47,536 bases of DNA from an uncultured Prevotellaceae bacterium (GTDB lineage Bacteria; Bacteroidota; Bacteroidia; Bacteroidales; Bacteroidaceae): assembly GCA_946413885.1 (NCBI GenBank), contig CAMKMK010000001.1, positions 1 to 47,536 of the forward strand, given 5' to 3'. Below the pieces are notes generated by a model. It was given only the letters and a program-made list of their open reading frames with translations, was not told the DNA's origin and ran no database searches. Positions 26,829 to 36,578 of the stretch are shown one piece after another. The translations under genes were made by a program, and so were the position numbers. Position 1 is the stretch's first letter; each line of letters begins with the position of its first letter.

Positions 26829-27053
26829 GTCCCACTGTCCCACTGTCCCATCGTCCCATTAAGGCGTTTTCAATATGCAGAGGGGTATGCTACCTATAGG
26901 TTATTATAGTATATAATAGATTATATACTATAATAAAATTCTAATACTTACATTATGCAACTTTTAATAGGGTTTTCGGGGTGTATTGTAAGCAACGGAA
27001 AGTGAGAAGGTGCTTAATGGGACAGTGGGACGATGGGACAAATGGGACAAACG
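26829..27053. repeat. Long imperfect palindromic element: arms of tandem 8-9-mers (GTCCCAYY / RRTGGGAC) flanking an AT-only hairpin
   Basis: Left arm GTCCCACTGTCCCACTGTCCCATCGTCCCATTAAG (26829-26863) faces right arm CTTAATGGGACAGTGGGACGATGGGACAAATGGGAC (27013-27048). The inner 11 bp are a perfect inverted repeat. The hairpin pairs TTATTATAGTATATAAT (26901-26917) with 26920-26936. Confidence 0.88.
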
Positions 27054-27091
27054 CCCTTTTTTCACTCCCCGCAAACACTTAGATTGATAAA

Positions 27092-27127
27092 TCCGAGTAT
27101 TCCGAGTTTTCCGAGTTTTCCGAACCA
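27092..27127. repeat. 9-bp tandem repeat array: TCCGAGTAT, TCCGAGTTT, TCCGAGTTT, TCCGAACCA
   Basis: Read directly. The unit is the reverse complement of the ACTCGGA-type units at 39-79. The 11-mer GAGTTTTCCGA is shared with 27-37. Confidence 0.85.
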
Positions 27128-27133
27128 TGCCCC

Positions 27134-27229
27134 CAAACCGAAAAGACAACACGTTCTTCTTGCAAACACAACACGTTCTTCCTGCAAAGACAACACGTTC
27201 TTCCTTCGCTCTCGACACGTTGAAACCCG
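27134..27229. repeat. 22-bp phased repeat array, 4 units in reverse orientation (core AACACGTT)
   Basis: Cores start at 27148, 27170, 27192 and 27214 (the last is GACACGTT), with exact 22-nt spacing. The reverse-complement units read AACGTGTTGTCTTTGCAGGAAG, matching the units at 20315 and 129. Confidence 0.93.
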
Positions 27230-27352
27230 AAAGAGCAACGGAAGGAAGAGGGAAACGAACGAATAAGTAGTTAGTAAACAAATCGTCCGCTTCTAATTTT
27301 TCAACAAGAAGTAGATAATAGTTTGTCTTTTAAGAATTAAGTAGATAACCGA

Positions 27353-27769
27353 TTACTTGACGATTTTGTGCGCTTCCTTTTCTTCTGCAATGCGCCGCTT
27401 CTCAGCCTCATCCTCGAGTTGTTGCTGCTTGACGGCCTGGTCGAGAAGGTCTTGGAAAGTGATGACGCGATCGTATTCGTCAAGAATCTTCATGTCGCGC
27501 TTGTGCTTGCGTTCGCGTTTGCGCTGCTTGATGGCAAAGGGATGGAGCATTTTGTCGTTGATACCTGGCGAAACCCTCTCTAAAACGTCGCCAAGCGTGG
27601 GTACGGAAGGCAGCTTCTGGCGGGCAAGGGAGGACTCGATGGCTTTCTCCAAGGGACTCCTCGTCTCGCCTGTGACAATAATCTGCCGCAAGGTATCAAT
27701 TTTCTCCCTCGATGTGGAATCAGGGATGGTGTCGTTCAGAAGAAAGAGTATGCTCAGCAGGAGTGTCAT
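27353..27769 (-). CDS. Hypothetical protein (N-terminal hydrophobic segment, Lys/Glu-rich C-terminus)
   Basis: 138 aa. Its ATG overlaps the upstream DUF1573 gene stop by 4 nt (ATGA), suggesting co-translation. I recognise no motif. Confidence 0.55.
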   Translation of the reverse strand: MTLLLSILFLLNDTIPDSTSREKIDTLRQIIVTGETRSPLEKAIESSLARQKLPSVPTLGDVLERVSPGINDKMLHPFAIKQRKRERKHKRDMKILDEYDRVITFQDLLDQAVKQQQLEDEAEKRRIAEEKEAHKIVK

Positions 27770-28203
27770 TCCATTGTACCTTCTATAACAAGACGAATGA
27801 CCTCAGTCACGGCGTTGCTGCGCACGGTCACGGTCTTCTGAAAATGTCCTGGGAATTTGTTTCGCCCGTTGTAGGTAACGTCGATCACGCCGCTCTCACC
27901 TGGCTTGATGGGGCTCTTGGTGTATGTGGGGATCGTGCAACCACAGCTGGCGAACGCCTGATGAATGACCAGGGGGGCTGTTCCAACGTTTGTGAACTTG
28001 AATGAGCAGTTGACAATGGGGTCTTCCTTGCTGAACTTGCCGAAGTCGTGACGCAGGGTGTCGAACTTGATCTCTGCGAAATTCTCAGCCTTCGTGGTTG
28101 CCTGAGCCTTCACCTCGCTGGTGGAGACCTTCTGGGGCTGAGTTTGGGCGTTGACACTTATGCAAGCAAAAAATGCGAGTGTCAGGAATATGATTTTCTT
28201 CAT
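27766..28203 (-). CDS. DUF1573-domain secreted protein
   Basis: 145 aa with a signal peptide. The pattern FDFGKF...F.F.N.G..PL.I......CGCT.P.....I.PGE.G.I is characteristic of DUF1573. Confidence 0.85.
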   Translation of the reverse strand: MKKIIFLTLAFFACISVNAQTQPQKVSTSEVKAQATTKAENFAEIKFDTLRHDFGKFSKEDPIVNCSFKFTNVGTAPLVIHQAFASCGCTIPTYTKSPIKPGESGVIDVTYNGRNKFPGHFQKTVTVRSNAVTEVIRLVIEGTME

Positions 28204-28404
28204 AGGACGTTTACACTTTACTGGTTTTCGAGGGCAAAGGTAAGGGAAAAGTTTTGAATTTGACTCTTAACGCAGATAAAAATATGTGAAAAATTGCTTA
28301 TTAGGGGGATTTTGACTAATTTTGCGCACGATTTTAAGAAAAAATAAGAAGGTGTCAGATAAAAGGATTGCAGGATTCGGCCTTTTCATGGAGGAAATCA
28401 TCGG

Positions 28405-28965
28405 ATGACAGAGAAAATCATCTTGGGAATTGACCCTGGAACGAACATCATGGGCTACGGCGTGCTGAAAGTGGCTGGTAAACAGGCGGAAATGCTCGCC
28501 CTGGGCGTGATTGACCTGAGGAAATATGCTGACCATTACCTGAAACTGGGGCATATCTTCGAGCGCGTGAGTGGCATCATCGAGGCGTATCTGCCTGACG
28601 AAATGGCCATCGAGGCTCCCTTCTTTGGCAAGAACGTGCAGAGCATGCTGAAACTGGGTCGTTCGCAAGGGGTGGCTATGGCTGCCGCCATCCATCACCA
28701 GGTACCTATTACAGAATATGCCCCCACGAAGATCAAGATGGCTATCACAGGCAACGGAAATGCCCACAAGGAGCAGGTTGCTGACATGCTGAGGCGCATG
28801 CTGAAGCTCTCGAGCGAGGAAATGGGTAAGTTCCTCGACGCAACGGATGCCCTAGGGGCTGCCTACTGCCATTACCTGCAGATGGGACGGCCTGAAACGG
28901 AAAAGAAATACTCGAGCTGGAAGGACTTCGCAAACAAGAACCAGGCAAGAGTGAAAGGAAAATAA
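28405..28965 (+). CDS. ruvC: Crossover junction endodeoxyribonuclease RuvC
   Basis: 186 aa. ILGIDPGTNIMGYGVL is the RuvC N-terminal catalytic Asp motif, with a later EAPFFGKN and ATDALGAA. Confidence 0.93.
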   Translation: MTEKIILGIDPGTNIMGYGVLKVAGKQAEMLALGVIDLRKYADHYLKLGHIFERVSGIIEAYLPDEMAIEAPFFGKNVQSMLKLGRSQGVAMAAAIHHQVPITEYAPTKIKMAITGNGNAHKEQVADMLRRMLKLSSEEMGKFLDATDALGAAYCHYLQMGRPETEKKYSSWKDFANKNQARVKGK

Positions 28966-30509
28966 TGCCCACAAAAAAGATAATAAGGATAACGAATGGG
29001 GTGGCGCGTCATCCAGACTGGCGCATGGCGGAGCCTATCAACCTGGAGATTCTGGAGGGCGAACAGGTGGCCATCGTGGGCGACAATGCTGCTGGCAAGA
29101 GCCGTTTGGTGGAGGTGCTGACAGGACATTATCCCCTGCTCATGAACGAGGTGGCTTTTGACTTCTCTCCCTCCCCCATGAAGCTGGTGAGCGAGAACCT
29201 GAAATACATCACTTTCCGCGATTCCTATGGTGACAGCGACGGGACGTACTATTACCAACTTCGCTGGAATCAGCAAGAAATCAGCGAGGACACCCCTACC
29301 GCTGGCGAGTTGCTGGAGGAGGCTTTCCTGCAAGCTGAAGAGAGCGTGGGACGAGGGTTGAACGATGAGGAAAGGACGGAGGCACACAAGCGACGTGTCG
29401 CCCTTCGCAAGAAACTCTACAGCATGTTCCACCTCGAAACCTTGCTGGACAAATACATCGTCACCCTGAGTAGTGGAGAACTGCGCAAGTTCCAACTCAC
29501 GAAGACGCTGATGGGTGGGCCGCGTGTGCTCATCATGGACAATCCTTTCATCGGCTTGGACGCTCAGACGAGGGACCAGTTGCGAGACCTGCTGGAGAGC
29601 CTCATCCATGAAACAGATCTGGTGGTCATTCTGGTACTGAGCAAGACGGACGACATTCCTTCCTTCGTTACCCATATTCTGCCCATCGAAGACCTCCACC
29701 TGAGGGAGAAAACCACGAGAGAAGCGTACGAGGAAAGCCGTCAACCTCTCCCCCAACCTATCCTGAGCGAAGAGCGTAGAGAGTGGATACTGAGGCTGCC
29801 TGAGAGGGAATTCGACGACAAATCCTTCTATCCCAAGAAAGGTGGCGAGATACTGAAGTTCAACAACGTGAGCATACGCTATGGCAAGCGTACCATCCTG
29901 AAAGACCTCAACTGGACCGTCCACGAGGGTGAGCGTTGGGCATTGAGCGGCGAGAACGGATCAGGCAAAAGCACCCTGCTGAGCCTCGTCTGCGCTGACA
30001 ATCCACAAGCCTACGCCTGTGACATCGAACTCTTTGGGCACAAGCGAGGAAGCGGAGAAAGCATCTGGGAGATAAAACGACATATTGGATACGTAAGTCC
30101 TGAGATGCATCGCGCCTACCTTAAAGACCTGCCAGCCATCGACATCGTGGCAAGCGGACTGATGGACTCTGTGGGCCTCTACGTGCGTCCTAAGCCCAGC
30201 CAGCGCGAGATATGCCAGCAATGGATGGAGGTCTTTGGAATAGGAGAGCTGACGGAACGTACCTTCCTGAAGCTGAGTAGTGGCGAGCAACGACTTTGCC
30301 TCTTGGCTCGAGCCTTTGTGAAAGACCCAGAGCTACTCATTCTGGACGAGCCTCTTCATGGGTTGGACAATCGGAACAGGGCACTTGTGAAGGAGGTGAT
30401 CAACACGTTCTTCGAACGCACTCACAAAACCCTCGTGATGGTGACTCATTATCAGAACGAATTGCCCAAATGTATAGACCATAGTCTATTTTTGAAGAAA
30501 AACGTTTAG
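28965..30509 (+). CDS. Tandem-domain ABC ATPase without a membrane domain (ModF-like)
   Basis: 514 aa with two Walker A sites (GDNAAGKS, GENGSGKST), two signature motifs (LSSGELRK, LSSGEQRL) and Walker B motifs. It overlaps the ruvC stop by 1 nt (TAATG). Confidence 0.85.
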   Translation: MPTKKIIRITNGVARHPDWRMAEPINLEILEGEQVAIVGDNAAGKSRLVEVLTGHYPLLMNEVAFDFSPSPMKLVSENLKYITFRDSYGDSDGTYYYQLRWNQQEISEDTPTAGELLEEAFLQAEESVGRGLNDEERTEAHKRRVALRKKLYSMFHLETLLDKYIVTLSSGELRKFQLTKTLMGGPRVLIMDNPFIGLDAQTRDQLRDLLESLIHETDLVVILVLSKTDDIPSFVTHILPIEDLHLREKTTREAYEESRQPLPQPILSEERREWILRLPEREFDDKSFYPKKGGEILKFNNVSIRYGKRTILKDLNWTVHEGERWALSGENGSGKSTLLSLVCADNPQAYACDIELFGHKRGSGESIWEIKRHIGYVSPEMHRAYLKDLPAIDIVASGLMDSVGLYVRPKPSQREICQQWMEVFGIGELTERTFLKLSSGEQRLCLLARAFVKDPELLILDEPLHGLDNRNRALVKEVINTFFERTHKTLVMVTHYQNELPKCIDHSLFLKKNV

Positions 30510-30568
30510 GCAATGCATCGATTTTTGAACAAAAAGCCGTACCTTTGCACCCCAGAAAGCGTAAAAAG

Positions 30569-31174
30569 ATGAAAGTTGCCGTAGTAAAGTACAACGCAGG
30601 AAACATTTATTCCGTCATTCATGCCCTTCAGCGAATGGGCGTGGAACCTGTCCTGACGGATGATCCTGAGGAACTTATGAGGGCAGACAAGGTACTCTTT
30701 CCTGGTCAGGGAGAAGCCAGCAACGCCATGCAATACCTCTGGCAGCATCGCTTGGACGAAGTCATCTGCAACCTGAAGCAACCCATCCTGGGCATCTGCA
30801 TAGGACAACAGCTCATGTGTCGCCATTCAGAAGAAGGTAACACGCGTTGTCTGGGCATCTTCGACACGAAAGTACTGCGCTTCCAACCTCATCGCCACGA
30901 GGACAAAGTGCCTCACATGGGGTGGAACGACCTGAAAGTACGTAAGGAAGAAAACGATCCAGACATGCTCTTCAAAGGTTTCCAGAATGGAGAGTTCGTG
31001 TACTTCGTGCATAGCTTTTACGTTCCTCTCTGCCCTTGGACCGTTGCTGAGACAAACTACATCCAGCCCTTTAGTGCCGCCCTACACAAAGACAACTTCT
31101 ACGCCACTCAATTCCATCCAGAAAAGAGTGGAAGCGTAGGCGAGCGAATCCTGTCAAACTTCCTTGCCCTATGA
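30569..31174 (+). CDS. hisH: Imidazole glycerol phosphate synthase, glutamine amidotransferase subunit
   Basis: The start is taken at ATG 30569 (MKVAVVKYNAGN). It has the catalytic GICIGQQ and FHPEKS motifs. Confidence 0.93.
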   Translation: MKVAVVKYNAGNIYSVIHALQRMGVEPVLTDDPEELMRADKVLFPGQGEASNAMQYLWQHRLDEVICNLKQPILGICIGQQLMCRHSEEGNTRCLGIFDTKVLRFQPHRHEDKVPHMGWNDLKVRKEENDPDMLFKGFQNGEFVYFVHSFYVPLCPWTVAETNYIQPFSAALHKDNFYATQFHPEKSGSVGERILSNFLAL

Positions 31175-31911
31175 TAGAACTGATTCCTGCGATAGACCTG
31201 ATTGACGGCAAGTGTGTGCGTCTGACGAAGGGCAACTACGCCACGAAGAAAGTCTATGCCGATGACCCTGCCGCCATGGCTCAAGAGTTTGAGCAGCTGG
31301 GCTTCAAGCGTCTTCATGTCGTGGACTTAGACGGAGCCAAAAGCAAACACGTCGTAAACGATGCCACGTTGAGAGACATCACCAGCAAGACCCATTTGAA
31401 GGTGGACTTTGGAGGTGGAGTGAAGACGGATGAAGATTTGGAAAAAGCTTACAGCGCTGGGGCGAGTATGGTGACCGTAGGCAGCATCGCCGTAACGGAA
31501 CCTGAACTCTATCTCACATGGCTTCAGAAGTATGGTGCTGACCATCTGATTCTGGGAGCTGACGTCAGGAACGGCAAGGTAAGCATCAACGGGTGGCTGG
31601 AAGACAGCGATGTGGAACTGACTGAATTCCTTATCCAATACATGCAAGCTGGCACGCGAAACGTTCTTTGTACGGAAATCAGTCGCGACGGTATGCTCCA
31701 AGGCCCCGCCATCGACCTCTACCAATCTGTCATGAATGCCCATCCCACATGTCACCTCATCGCCAGCGGAGGCGTGAGCAGTTTGCAGGACATCATCGAC
31801 CTGAACCAAGCTGGTATCCCTGCGGTAGTATTTGGCAAAGCAATCTATGAGGGCCGCATCGACCTGAAAGAACTTCTAACCCTATTTCCTCCCCAAGAAC
31901 AAGAATGTTAG
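31171..31911 (+). CDS. hisA: ProFAR isomerase (1-(5-phosphoribosyl)-5-[(5-phosphoribosylamino)methylideneamino]imidazole-4-carboxamide isomerase)
   Basis: 246 aa. [18 protein letters not shown] is a typical HisA start. It overlaps hisH by 4 nt. Confidence 0.93.
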   Translation: MIELIPAIDLIDGKCVRLTKGNYATKKVYADDPAAMAQEFEQLGFKRLHVVDLDGAKSKHVVNDATLRDITSKTHLKVDFGGGVKTDEDLEKAYSAGASMVTVGSIAVTEPELYLTWLQKYGADHLILGADVRNGKVSINGWLEDSDVELTEFLIQYMQAGTRNVLCTEISRDGMLQGPAIDLYQSVMNAHPTCHLIASGGVSSLQDIIDLNQAGIPAVVFGKAIYEGRIDLKELLTLFPPQEQEC

Positions 31912-32660
31912 CAAAAAGAATCATACCTTGCCTCGACGTGAAGAATGGCCAGACCGTAAAGGGAACCAACTTCGTCAACCTTCGTCAAGCAGGCGACCCT
32001 GTTGAATTAGGTCGCACCTATAGCGAACAAGGAGCAGACGAACTGGTCTTTCTCGACATAACTGCCAGCCACGAGGGTCGCAAGACTTTTGCTGACATGG
32101 TGGAACGTGTGGCAGCAGAAATCAGCATCCCATTTACTGTAGGGGGAGGCATCAGCGAACTAAGCGACGTGGAGGCCATGTTGAGTGCAGGAGCCGATAA
32201 GGTGAGCATCAACAGCGCTGCCTTGCGACGTCCAGAATTGATTGATGAAATAGCACAACACTTTGGTAGTCAAGTTTGCGTGGTAGCCATCGATGCTAGG
32301 ATGGACGACCAAGGATGGACATGCTACCTGAATGGTGGCCGCATCCCTACTGAGCGAGGACTCTTTGAGTGGGCACGCGAAGCGAATGATCGTGGAGCAG
32401 GCGAGATTCTCTTCACCAGCATGAATCACGATGGAGTAAAGACAGGTTTTGCCAACGATGCGCTAAGCCGCCTGGCTGAGGAACTGAGCATTCCTGTAAT
32501 TGCATCAGGCGGAGCAGGTGAGATGGTACATTTCCGCGACGCGTTCACCATTGGCCATGCTGATGCTGCCTTAGCCGCTAGTGTCTTCCACTTTGGTGAA
32601 ATCAGCATCCCTGACTTGAAACTTTATCTGAAGAAAGAAGGCATAAACGTGAGGATGTAG
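31905..32660 (+). CDS. hisF: Imidazole glycerol phosphate synthase cyclase subunit
   Basis: 251 aa. [15 protein letters not shown] and [12 protein letters not shown] are typical of HisF. Confidence 0.95.
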   Translation: MLAKRIIPCLDVKNGQTVKGTNFVNLRQAGDPVELGRTYSEQGADELVFLDITASHEGRKTFADMVERVAAEISIPFTVGGGISELSDVEAMLSAGADKVSINSAALRRPELIDEIAQHFGSQVCVVAIDARMDDQGWTCYLNGGRIPTERGLFEWAREANDRGAGEILFTSMNHDGVKTGFANDALSRLAEELSIPVIASGGAGEMVHFRDAFTIGHADAALAASVFHFGEISIPDLKLYLKKEGINVRM

Positions 32661-32698
32661 CATAGACAAATGTAGTATAAGATAACAAACACGACGAT

Positions 32699-33313
32699 AT
32701 GGCAATAGATTTTGAGAAATGTGGAGGACTGGTTCCAGCCATCATCCAAGACGCAGAAACCAAGAACGTATTGATGTTGGGGTACATGAACCAGGAAGCA
32801 TACGACAAAACCGTCGAGACAGGTTTGGTAACCTTCTACAGCAGAAGTAGGAAATGCCTATGGACAAAGGGAGAGACAAGTGGCAATTACCTGCATCTGG
32901 TGGATATAAAGAATGACTGCGACCAAGACACGCTTTTGGTCAGCGTCCATCCTGACGGTCCTACCTGCCACACAGGTACTGACACTTGCTGGGGCGAGAA
33001 GAACGAGCCTAACCCTCTACTCTTCCTCTCAGCCTTGAACGACTTTATCGAGAAGCGTCACGAAGAGATGCCAGAAGGCAGTTATACCACCTCTCTATTC
33101 AAAGATGGACTGAACCGTATGGCTCAGAAAGTGGGCGAAGAGGCTTTGGAACTGGTCATCGAAGCAACAAATGGAACCAACGAGCGATTGATCTACGAAG
33201 GATCAGACATGCTGTATCACTTGATTGTACTGCTCACAAGCAAAGGACTTCGCATAGAGGATATGGCACGCGAACTGATAGAACGTCACAATCCAGGTTG
33301 GAAAAAACATTAA
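32699..33313 (+). CDS. hisIE: Bifunctional phosphoribosyl-AMP cyclohydrolase / phosphoribosyl-ATP pyrophosphatase
   Basis: 204 aa. The HisI part is LVPAIIQD...SRSR..LW.KGETSGN...DCD.D. The HisE part is EGSYT..L....L..KVGEEA.E. Confidence 0.93.
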   Translation: MAIDFEKCGGLVPAIIQDAETKNVLMLGYMNQEAYDKTVETGLVTFYSRSRKCLWTKGETSGNYLHLVDIKNDCDQDTLLVSVHPDGPTCHTGTDTCWGEKNEPNPLLFLSALNDFIEKRHEEMPEGSYTTSLFKDGLNRMAQKVGEEALELVIEATNGTNERLIYEGSDMLYHLIVLLTSKGLRIEDMARELIERHNPGWKKH

Positions 33314-33329
33314 AACAAAGAAATCCAAG

Positions 33330-33995
33330 ATGATACTAAACTATAAGAACGTTTCCGTCAAACAAGGAGAATGTGTCGTACTAAACGACGTGAACCTTCA
33401 GATTGAAGAGGGCGAAATGGTATATCTGGTGGGAGCTGTAGGAAGTGGAAAGACCTCGCTGATGAAAACCATGTATGGCGAACTGCCCGTAGAAGGTGAC
33501 CAAGCAGAAATCTTAGGCTACGAACTCACTACTTTGAAGACAAGATACCTGCCAGCCCTGCGCAGACAATTGGGCATTGTGTTCCAGGATTTCCAACTTT
33601 TGCCAGACCGCAACGTGAAGCAGAATCTGGACTTCGTGCTTCGCTCCACAGGATGGAAAAAGAAAGAGGAGCGCGAAGAACGTATTGCAGAAGTTCTGAG
33701 CTTAGTGAAATTGGAAGACAAGTTGGAAAAACGTATCCATGAACTGTCAGGAGGCGAACAGCAACGCATCTGCATCGCACGAGCTTTTCTGAACAACCCC
33801 AAAATGATTTTAGCTGATGAGCCTACAGGTAATCTCGATCCAGAAAGCGGAGAACTTATTCTGGCCCAATTGGACGAGATACGTCGCCAGAACCAAACGG
33901 CTATTCTGGTGAGCACTCACAACCTGCAATGGCCTGAATATTTCCCTGGAAGCATATATCGCTGCACAGATGGGATTTTCACAAAAGAGAAATAA
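33330..33995 (+). CDS. ftsE: FtsE-like cell-division ABC ATPase
   Basis: 221 aa with Walker [10 protein letters not shown], signature LSGGEQQR and Walker [12 protein letters not shown]. The size and sequence resemble FtsE. No ftsX is adjacent, so the symbol is tentative. Confidence 0.7.
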   Translation: MILNYKNVSVKQGECVVLNDVNLQIEEGEMVYLVGAVGSGKTSLMKTMYGELPVEGDQAEILGYELTTLKTRYLPALRRQLGIVFQDFQLLPDRNVKQNLDFVLRSTGWKKKEEREERIAEVLSLVKLEDKLEKRIHELSGGEQQRICIARAFLNNPKMILADEPTGNLDPESGELILAQLDEIRRQNQTAILVSTHNLQWPEYFPGSIYRCTDGIFTKEK

Positions 33996-34025
33996 GACAA
34001 AACCAAGTATTTAAGATAAAGAAGA

Positions 34026-35345
34026 ATGAAAGTTCTAAAATTTGGTGGTACATCCGTAGGTACACCACAACGCATGCAAGAAGTATCCCGCCTGATCACT
34101 AAGGATGGAATCGCTAACTTGGTGGTTCTATCCGCAATGTCAGGAACAACAAACACCCTGGTCGAAATCTCTGATTACCTGTACAAGAAGAATCCAGAAG
34201 GAGCCAACACCATAATCAACAGGTTGGAACAGAAATACATGGGCCACGTAGAGAAGCTATACAAGAGTGAGGAATGGCGAAACAAGACTCGCAGCTTCCT
34301 GCAAGAGGAGTTCGATTATCTGCGTTCCTTTACCAAGGTCCATTTCACCTCCTTCGAGGAAAAAGTCATCCTTGCTCAAGGAGAAATCATGAGCACCAAC
34401 ATGGTGACCAATTACATGAAGGAATGTGGCGTGAAAGCTATCCTGTTGTCAGCTTTGGACATCGTGCGCACAGACAAGAATGCTGAGCCTGATTTCAACT
34501 ACATCAAGGAGAGAATAAACGATGCCTTAAAGAACAATCCTGATTACGACGTATATATCACACAAGGATTCATTTGCCGCAATGCTTACGGAGAGATCGA
34601 CAATCTGTTGCGAGGTGGAAGTGACTACTCAGCCTGTCTATTGGGCGCAGCCATCCAAGCAGAAGAGATTCAAATATGGACTGACATAGATGGCATGCAC
34701 AACAATGACCCACGCATCGTAGAGAATACGGAACCTGTTCGTCAGATGCACTTTGAAGAAGCGGCTGAGCTGGCATACTTTGGCGCCAAGATTTTGCATC
34801 CCACATGTATCCAGCCTGCCAAATTCGCTGGAGTACCCGTCCGTCTGCTCAATACGATGGATCCTACAGCCCCTGGCACCATCATCAACAATGATTTCCA
34901 GCATGGCACTATCAAGGCAGTAGCCGCCAAGGACAACATTACCTGCGTACAGATACAAAGCAGCCGCATGTTGCTCGCATACGGTTTCCTGCGTAAAGTC
35001 TTTGAGATCTTCGAATCCTACAAAACAAGCATCGATATGGTATGCACAAGTGAGGTGGGCGTAAGCGTGACAATCGATAACTCTACTCATCTGGCAGACA
35101 TCATCGACGAGCTGAAAAAATATGGAACGGTCAATGTGGACAAGGATATGGTGATTATTTGTGTGGTGGGTGACCTGGGACCTGAAAACATTGGTTTCGA
35201 AACGATTGCTTGCGAAGCTTTACGTGATGTACCCGTCCGCATGATTAGTTTTGGCGGGTCCAGCCACAACATTTCTTTCCTGGTTAGAAAGGAACACAAA
35301 AAGCGTACATTGCAAGCACTGAGTGATACCCTTTTCAAGAAATAA
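34026..35345 (+). CDS. lysC: Aspartate kinase
   Basis: 439 aa with the start MKVLKFGGTSVG, the motif SAMSGTTN, and C-terminal ACT domains. Confidence 0.92.
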   Translation: MKVLKFGGTSVGTPQRMQEVSRLITKDGIANLVVLSAMSGTTNTLVEISDYLYKKNPEGANTIINRLEQKYMGHVEKLYKSEEWRNKTRSFLQEEFDYLRSFTKVHFTSFEEKVILAQGEIMSTNMVTNYMKECGVKAILLSALDIVRTDKNAEPDFNYIKERINDALKNNPDYDVYITQGFICRNAYGEIDNLLRGGSDYSACLLGAAIQAEEIQIWTDIDGMHNNDPRIVENTEPVRQMHFEEAAELAYFGAKILHPTCIQPAKFAGVPVRLLNTMDPTAPGTIINNDFQHGTIKAVAAKDNITCVQIQSSRMLLAYGFLRKVFEIFESYKTSIDMVCTSEVGVSVTIDNSTHLADIIDELKKYGTVNVDKDMVIICVVGDLGPENIGFETIACEALRDVPVRMISFGGSSHNISFLVRKEHKKRTLQALSDTLFKK

Positions 35346-35389
35346 AACAAAGTATATATCAACAGCCCACAGACAACACGACCTGAGCT

Positions 35390-36544
35390 ATGACGTTTCC
35401 AATCGACAAATTACAGACAATCCGCACTCCCTTTTACTATTATGATACAGAGTTGCTGGACAAAACACTCAGCGCCATCAAGTCAGAAACCGATAAGCAC
35501 GTCGGCTATCATCTTCACTATGCTGTCAAGGCATGTGCCAATCCTAAGGTGTTGCGCCACATCAAAGCAGCTGGAATGGGAGCAGATTGTGTAAGCGGAG
35601 GTGAAATAAAGGCTTGTTTAGAGGCAGGATTCCCTGCAAATGAAATTGTCTTTGCAGGTGTAGGGAAAAGCGACTGGGAAATAGAATTGGGACTGAAAGT
35701 TGGCATTCAATACTTCAATGTGGAAAGTATTCCTGAACTGGAGGTTATCAATGAGTTAGCCAGTCGTATGAACAAAGTGGCTAACGTGAGTTTCCGCATC
35801 AATCCTGACGTGGATGCACATACGCATAGCAACATTACCACAGGATTGGCCGAAAACAAGTTTGGAATAGCTATGGAAGATATGGAGAGAATCATCCGAT
35901 TGGCTGATTCCCTCTCCAACGTGAATTTTGTAGGACTGCATTTCCACATCGGAAGCCAGATTCTGGATATGAGTAATTTCGTTGCCTTAAGCCTTCGTAT
36001 AAACGAACTACAAGATCGGCTGGAAGCAGAGGGCATCAAGGAGGTAAAGAACATCAACGTAGGAGGTGGACTTGGCATCGATTACCAACATCCAAACGAA
36101 CATCCTATTCCAAACTTCAAAGAGTATTTCGATACTTATGCCAAGCATTTGGAACTGCGTCCTGGCCAGCATCTCCATTTCGAGTTGGGACGTGCCGTCG
36201 TGGGGCAATGCGGCAATTTGGTGACACGTTGCCTCTATGTGAAGCAAGGAAGTGCTAAGAAGTTTGTCATTGTGGACGCAGGCATGACAGAACTTATCCG
36301 CCCAGCCTTATACGATGCTTACCATAAAGTGGAGAACCTAACCAGCAAGGCCCCTATTGAGACTTATGATGTAGTAGGGCCCATCTGCGAAAGCAGCGAC
36401 ACTTTCGTGAAAGACTACCAGATGGCAGGAACCAAACGAGGCGATCTGCTTGTCATTCGCTCCGCAGGTGCTTATGGGGAAATCATGGCAAGTCAATATA
36501 ATTGTCGAGCAATCCCAACTGGTTACGTTACTGAAGACATTTAG
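35390..36544 (+). CDS. lysA: Diaminopimelate decarboxylase
   Basis: 384 aa with TPFYYYD, the PLP lysine motif YAVKAC, the GGGLGI motif, and the CESSD active-site region. Confidence 0.92.
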   Translation: MTFPIDKLQTIRTPFYYYDTELLDKTLSAIKSETDKHVGYHLHYAVKACANPKVLRHIKAAGMGADCVSGGEIKACLEAGFPANEIVFAGVGKSDWEIELGLKVGIQYFNVESIPELEVINELASRMNKVANVSFRINPDVDAHTHSNITTGLAENKFGIAMEDMERIIRLADSLSNVNFVGLHFHIGSQILDMSNFVALSLRINELQDRLEAEGIKEVKNINVGGGLGIDYQHPNEHPIPNFKEYFDTYAKHLELRPGQHLHFELGRAVVGQCGNLVTRCLYVKQGSAKKFVIVDAGMTELIRPALYDAYHKVENLTSKAPIETYDVVGPICESSDTFVKDYQMAGTKRGDLLVIRSAGAYGEIMASQYNCRAIPTGYVTEDI

Positions 36545-36578
36545 TCGAAATCATTCAATCAACTAATTCAAGTAAAGA

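Noticed and set aside
26681-27281. Track ORFs 26681-26899 (+), 26964-27281 (-) and 27033-27266 (+)
   Set aside because: They are produced by reading through the tandem and palindromic repeats, giving translations such as MGQMGQT and PSFPSFP. They show no coding signal.
28267-29924. Minus-strand ORFs of 166 aa (28267-28767) and 350 aa (28872-29924)
   Set aside because: They lie opposite ruvC and the ModF-like ABC gene, both of which have canonical catalytic motifs. The antisense translations are featureless.
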